A DNA stretch of 64,000 nucleotides from Eledone cirrhosa (lineage: Eukaryota): contig OZ024745.1 in the NCBI GenBank assembly GCA_964016885.1, forward strand, positions 83,762,001 through 83,826,000, given 5' to 3'. Below are positions 57,201 to 64,000 of the stretch, piece by piece. The translations under genes and the position numbers were made by a program. The notes beneath the pieces are model-generated. The model saw only the letters and a list, made by a program, of their open reading frames with translations, had not been told where the DNA came from and made no database searches. How positions within the stretch are numbered: the stretch's first letter is position 1; every line of letters begins with the position of its first letter.

Positions 57201-57427
57201 GCGATATATATATACATATATATATATATATGTATATATTTGTATGTGTAAGTGTGTATATATGTGTATATATGTATGTATATATACACACACACACACT
57301 CATATATATATATATATGAATAATTTGTAAGTGTAAGTGTGTGGATATGTGGATATATATATATATATAATAATAAAATGTGGAGAGGAAGCACGCGAGT
57401 TAGGATATATATATAAAGAAAAAAGAA

Positions 57428-58000
57428 AAAAAGGTGCGTAATGTGGGGCATAAGTCAATGTGAAACAAAAAGTAATGTTATTTACAGGCATAGTTCTTGA
57501 ACATAAGCGGATTAAAATTTGTTAATTTAGCGAGGGTGCTTAGTTGATCCATGATGGAGGCAAATGGTGGACTGCCTCCATCATGGATCAACTAAGAACC
57601 CTTGCTATATTAACACTATGCCTGTAAATAACATTATTTTTTCTTTCACATTGACTTATGCTCCACATTCCGCCCCTTTTTTATTTTTATTTTCACTTCA
57701 TAAACCTTGTTTGTAAATAATATTATTCTCTCTGCACCATTTCTTTAACATGTCCAACACCACCATTTTACACCAATACATATTATCATTTGATAATGCA
57801 TAAAAATGCTGAAACCGGTAATAGACAATTTTTAAATATATAAATAAATAAATAAATACTATTGTTAATTAATAAATAAATCAACTAATACGTTAACACT
57901 TCACACAAAGTAAAATATTTCGTTTTAATCATTTTCTAACCGAGAAAAAAAGAGAGAAAGAAATAAAAAGGGAAAAATATATATTTTCTCCCTGTTTTCC
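57428..58000. repeat. Fold-back PLE-type element centred at ~57567, with downstream hammerhead-like motif
   Basis: CTTAGTTGATCCATGATGGAGGCA/TGCCTCCATCATGGATCAACTAAG perfect core; arms extend ~57428-57682; TTGATAA-tgcat aaaa atgct-GAAA-ccgg-TA at 57790-57820. Confidence 0.75.
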
Positions 58001-58010
58001 TATATATATG

Positions 58011-58042
<32 letters not shown>

Positions 58043-58545
58043 TATGTAGTTAAAAGAATAGAGGTGTAACACACAAGTTATTATATATTGGTAAACGGAA
58101 TAGAAAATGCTGACAAATTGTTCACAGTTGAAAAATGGTTTAATTAGGAATAAAAGAGTATTAGTGATTGTATGGGTTAGTATTCAGTTGTGGTTTTAAG
58201 TTTTTAAGTTTTTACCGGTTGCGCATTTCTAAATGCTTTTTAAAAATAATGTTGAGATAGAGTGTCCGTGTTGTTTGCTCTGATCTGATCAGTTTTGGGA
58301 ATTCTACCTGTTTTTATGTTAAAAAAGTGGCTCCAGCGTTACTTTGGTGTTGCAAAAATTCTTGTGGTCAAAACAATTTTGATTAGTCGGTAGAGGTCAT
58401 GTGAATGTAAAAAATTGATTTTGCGCCAAGACTGTTTTTATGTTAAAAAGTGGCTCCAGCGCTACTTGGTGTTTGCAAAAATTCTTGTGGTCAAAACAAT
58501 TTTGATTGGTCGGTAGAGGTCATGTGAATAAATATGTGAATAGAT

Positions 58546-59990
58546 ATGCTCAATCACCTCCCTAATATGCCACTTTCTGAACAAACCCTACTAGTGACGT
58601 TCGATGTAGTCAACCTATACTCCAACATCCCCCACAACCTAGGAATAGAAGCTATCCAATTCTGGCTGGATACTTTCCACAATGAACTCCCACAACGCAT
58701 CAAAAAAGAATTCGTGATAGAGGGACTCAAATTTATCTTGGAGAACAATTACTTCGTTTTCAATAACAAACCCTACAGGCAGAAATCTGGGACCGCTATG
58801 GGAACGAAAACAGCCCCCACTTATGCCAACCTAGTCATGGGATACCTGGAAATCACCCTCTACACTAAAGTCCTAAACAAATTTGGAAACACCCTCCACT
58901 TACACATTGAAAGGAACTGGAAGCGATATCTAGATGACTGCTTCATCCTTTGGCACGAAGACATCGAAAAACTTAAAGAATTTCACACCCTTATAAATGG
59001 GCTCAACACGAATATTAACTTCCCAATGGAATACAGCCATCAACAACTCCCCTTCCTCGACATCCTCATTAAGATCCATAACAAAAAAATAGAAACAGAC
59101 ATATACTACAAGCCCACAGACTCCAAGCAATATCTCCCCTTCAACTCTTGCCACCCTAGACACGTTAAAATTAATATTCCCTACAACTTAGCCAAGATAA
59201 TCTGTACTATAGTCTCCAATAAAAACATCTGCTACTTACCGCTACAAGAACTAAAGGACACACTCATAGGCAGGGACTACCCTGCATCACTAATTGACAA
59301 TGGAATCCAACGTGCCCTAAAACTCAGTACCCAGGATCTTACACACCCTAAAGTAAATCAACCGAAACTAAAAGCTCTTCCATACATCTCCACACACAAC
59401 CCCCTCAACAATGAGGCCTTTGACACCATCCTCCAGAACATCCCTGTGTTGAAAAAGGACCATAGAATGAACCAAATTCTACGAACACACGATATCATAA
59501 AGAGCAAAAGACAATCCAAGTCAATGAAAAACATCCTAACACATGCCAAAGTACTGCCAACCACAACAACGAAACCCACAGTAAAAAAAAATGCGATAGC
59601 CCCAACTGTGGCATTTGCATCAATCTAATAGAGGATTCGGAATTCTATTTCAAAGATGGACAACGTTTTATAGTAAAACACAATTTCACATGTGCATCGG
59701 AAAATCTAATATATGTATTAACTTGCTCAGGTTGTCGAGAACAATACATAGGCCAGAACAAAAACAGCCTCCGCCAACGCATGACAGTCCATAGATCCCA
59801 AATTAAAATACGGGAATACAGGAAAATACCACTGAGTGAACACATTGATACCTGTGCCGCCCAAAATCATCCCAACTTCAGAATCTTTACCCTCTACAAA
59901 TTTAAAGATAATGCCACCCACACCCAGCGCATCAGCAAGGAATGTTACTTCATTAACAAATACGGACCCCGTCTAAACACTTCTCCCTAA
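58546..59990 (+). pseudogene. PLE RT, Cys-rich linker and GIY-YIG, frameshifted at an A-run near 59585
   Basis: LVTFDVVNLYSNIP, GTAMGT..APTYANL, RYLDDCF, YYKPTD; CDSPNCGIC; NLIYVLTCSGCREQYIGQ..LRQRMTVH. Confidence 0.9.
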
Positions 59991-60108
59991 GACGAACCCA
60001 CAACATACACACGTTAACATACATACCTACATCAGCACACATCTCCATCCACATATAAACACAATGACATACGTAAACACACATGCTCTATGGTGCAACA
60101 CAAAAAAA

Positions 60109-60182
<74 letters not shown>

Positions 60183-60420
60183 ATATATGTATGTGTATAT
60201 ATATATAGTGAATATCATTTCACTCCTTTTATTGTTAAGATTTTTTATGTTCTATTAAGAGAACCGATTTTACTGAAAAAAATCGAATAATGTACACCAT
60301 TTTACCAGGGGGAAAAAATACTGGTCCACCCACACACACACACACACGCACACACACACACGCACACATATATATATACACACACACATACACACGCGTA
60401 CATTAACATACAAAGAGACT

Positions 60421-60469
<49 letters not shown>

Positions 60470-60579
60470 TTCTCCGTATAAGACAAAAGCTGAAAAATAT
60501 CTTTTGACATGCTAAAATACCCCCCATTGCTTTCAGACACATTCTTAATGACCATCCCTGCTACCACGAATTACTCTGC

Positions 60580-60620
<41 letters not shown>

Positions 60621-60701
60621 ATCTTAATAGCCATTTGACACACATCGCTGCTAACCATTATCACAACATCGAACACCTTACTACTACTACTACTACACAC
60701 A

Positions 60702-60798
<97 letters not shown>

Positions 60799-61125
60799 TC
60801 GTTGTGAAAGAGTCATTTCTCAATCTTGGCGCAAAACCAATTTTTTGTTCACATGACCTCTACCGACCAATTAAAATTGTTTTGACCACAAGAATTTTTG
60901 CAAACACCAAGTAGCGCTGGAGCCACTTTTTTAACATAAAAACAGTCTTGGCGCAAAATCAATTTTTTACATTCACATGACCTCTACCGACCAATCAAAA
61001 TTGTTTTGACCACAAGAATTTTTGCAACACCAAAGTAACGCTGGAGTCACTTTTTTAACATAAAAACAGGTAGAATTCCCAAAACTAATCAGATCAGAGC
61101 AAACAACACGGACACTATCTCAAAA

Positions 61126-61168
61126 TTATTTTTGAAAAGCATTTAGAAATGCGCAACCGGTAAAAACT
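61126..61168 (+). ncRNA. Degenerate U3-A8 hammerhead-like motif in pseudo-LTR
   Basis: ttt-TTGAAAA-gcattt ag aaatgc-GCAA-ccgg-TA-aaa; the copy at ~3640-3675 has GGAA. Confidence 0.45.
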
Positions 61169-61283
61169 TAAAACCTTTAAACCACAACTGAATACTAACC
61201 CATACAATCACTAATACTCTTTTATTCCTAATTAAACCATTTTTCAACTGTGAACAATTTGTCAGCATTTTCTATTCCGTTTA

Positions 61284-61396
<113 letters not shown>

Positions 61397-61525
61397 GGAA
61401 AGTTATATTTAAATTGTTGGGTTACAACTAGTAAATATTTATAACTGATATAAAAGCACTCGACAAGTATTTGGAGTATATTTACAATATTAAATAAATG
61501 GAAACTATATTTATAAAACCATATT

Positions 61526-61591
61526 TATTTCATTATATATATTTCAGGGATATCATATTAACAATATGCTATGCCTTCCTCAGACAAAATA
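61526..61591 (-). ncRNA. Minimal hammerhead ribozyme (family A)
   Basis: Reverse complement of 61725-61790. Confidence 0.85.
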
Positions 61592-61724
61592 CAATATAAA
61601 CAGTTTTATAGATAAATAGATTTGACATACCGTAACAACATCGACTTGTATTTGAAAAGTTGAATTGGCAGTCGATGTTGTTACGGTATGTCAAATCTAT
61701 TTATCTATAAAACTGTTTATATTG

Positions 61725-61790
61725 TATTTTGTCTGAGGAAGGCATAGCATATTGTTAATATGATATCCCTGAAATATATATAATGAAATA
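61725..61790 (+). ncRNA. Minimal hammerhead ribozyme (family A)
   Basis: tattttgt-CTGAGGA-aggcatagcatatt gtt aatatgatatccct-GAAA-tatata-TA-atgaaata. Confidence 0.85.
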
Positions 61791-61827
61791 AATATGGTTT
61801 TATAAATATAGTTTCCATTTATTTAAT

Positions 61828-61927
<100 letters not shown>

Positions 61928-62351
61928 CATATCCCCACAAACATACAAATTATTCGTATATATATATATACATATATGAGTGTGTGTCTATATGTATACG
62001 TTATAAGTATAAACTTCAAAGTGGATTTAAAGAATACTTTTTGCATTAATCCAACAGAATTATTTCTAGATTTGGTACATGAAATATTAAGATTTTTCAA
62101 ATATTTTAAGTTTTGATTGATTATGACAAGCTTATGAAAACATAATTATTTGATGTGAATATATTGCTTTCTCAAATTTTGCGTGCTATTAAACAAAATG
62201 TTATTTTCATTATATGTATGTGTGTGTATGTGTGTGTTGTTGTTGTTGGGCTCGTCGTGGTGTTGGGAATATTTTTAAAAAGACAGAATTCAATTGAGTC
62301 AATAGAGAATTCAATTATTTCAAACAGGAAATTATTGTATTCAAATAAATA

Positions 62352-63247
62352 CGAGGTGTGTCAGAAAGGTTCCAGGACTGATGTCACAAAAGATTTATTT
62401 CAAACCCAAACTTCACACTAAGAGTTTTCTTCTTCAAAGTAACCCCCCTGGAGTCTAACGCACTTTTCCATCCTTTTCTGCCACGCTTGCATGCACTCCT
62501 GGAAGGATTCTTCCGGGATCCTCCGTAGTTCCGTCGTCACGGCCTTTTTTTATGTCGTCCACGTCTTCAAAACGGGTCCCCTCCGGGTCGTACTCGAAGA
62601 TCCATGATTCATGACCGGTGATGACTGTCCCTAGCAAGTCTGGTTCGGTTTCAAGACGCTCGAGGATGTCCTGGCACACTTGCATACGTCGACCCTTCTG
62701 GTCATCGTTCAGAAATGTTGGCACCATCTTCGCGCAGACTTTCCGCATGTCCAAATCTTCAGTGAGAATCTTCCAGACGCTGTCCGGATTCATGCCCAGC
62801 TCATTTGCCATCAATCGAACGGTCAGCTGAGGATCGTTACGCACCATCTGCCTGACGCGCTCAACGTTGACCTCAGTCCTGGTTGTTGAGGGCCTTCCGC
62901 TCCTGGGGTCATCTTCCACGTCCTCGCGTCCTTCTTTAAACCTCTTGCACCACTCAAAAACACGTGGGCATGACATCGTCTCATTTCCATACACTTGCTG
63001 CAGCGGAGTTTTCCCCAACCGTACCAGATACTTCAAGTTTGTTCGTTGCTCTGTGTTCATTGCTTGACGACCTGAAACAGAGGACATGTATATAAAATTA
63101 TGAAGAAAAAAGTTTGATCGCTGCAGAGAGCTAAGATTACAGTTACATATTCCAGGGGGATTACTTTGAAGGAGAAAACTCTTATTGTGAAGTTTGGGTT
63201 TGAAATAAATCTTTTGTGACATCAGTCCTGGAACTTTTCTGACACAC
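62352..63247 (-). mobile_element. Internally deleted mariner element with ~100-bp TIRs
   Basis: TIRs at 62352-62452 and 63151-63247; MNTEQR..PRSGRPS..AKMVP..ITGHESWIFEYDPE joined directly to GTRFEDV, so most of the DDD domain is lost. Confidence 0.9.
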
Positions 63248-63309
63248 TGCACATGGTATGTGTATGGTGTCTCCTGTTGTATGTCTGTGTGTGTGGGGGG
63301 GGGGTCTGG

Positions 63310-64000
63310 CTCAATCAGATCAAATATCTAGATTGATGTCTAAATAATCTACGCTAGTCAGATCTGTGGCTACAGTGATCTTAAGTCCTAACTTATTGAA
63401 CGTGGCTGTTAGGTCTTCTCAAAAACGGTCAAGGTCGTCACCGTTTTTAGGGCCCAATAACGTCAGACCGTCGTCGCCGTATAAACCCGTGTGGAAGTCC
63501 GGGAATTTGACTTACAACATATCCATATGTATAATCCAACCAAATAGCATACATCAGCACAATCGAGTAATCCCATTGAGACATCGGATAGTTCTGAGGC
63601 AGTAGATGTTTTTGTCCAGACTACACGATTACTGGACAGGAGAGTTTTTCTGCAGTGGCTAATGATCTGTCTATCTAAGTCATGGACTGCGGTATATGTA
63701 TGGGCGAACGCTAATGCTATATCCAACAAGGTCACCGAGATCGACGAGTAGAAGTTTGCTATGTCGAACTGGATGAATTTAGCATTGTTGGAGCTGAAGG
63801 ATTGAACCACTTAACAACTAAGTCACTATTTCCCCACTGGAACAGATTGCATTTCTTTCTAATGGTCTTAACTAGTCCTCTAAGAATAGGTTTGCTAACT
63901 AGCCTCATCACTGTACGTGCTGGGTTCAACAGTCTACAAGTGGAGTTAGTAGCAAAAATCGACCTTGTGATCCTAAAGGGCTAAAAAGGCTTCAGACTTA
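63310..64000 (-). mobile_element. Penelope-like RT fragment, running off the window end
   Basis: FIQFDIANFYSSIS, DVSMGLLDCADVCYLVGLYI and GLYGDDGL after a frameshift. Confidence 0.8.

Overview
Eukaryotic, AT-rich, microsatellite-dense DNA made almost entirely of transposable elements. The SINE family and the (TA)n/(CA)n load suggest an octopus or related cephalopod; that is an inference, not proven. No intact host gene is evident, and most track ORFs are microsatellite or antisense artefacts. Contents: five Penelope-like retroelement (PLE) coding fragments; two head-to-tail Tx1/L1-like LINEs plus a third 3' stub; RTE-like and R4/Dong-like LINE relics; two Chapaev3-like and two mariner DNA transposons; and more than ten tRNA-derived SINEs. 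Hand-folding reveals about 15 hammerhead-ribozyme motifs from several sequence families. Some have non-canonical cores (U3-A8 swap, A4, long helix II, circular permutation). Most lie in non-coding palindromic or pseudo-LTR elements inserted into (TA)n. The SINE 3' end resembles the Tx1-like LINE 3' end and both stack into (ATT)n tails. The two adjacent LINEs share a nearly identical ORF2 but carry strongly diverged ORF1/5'UTR modules. Coordinates were counted by eye and may be a few bases off.
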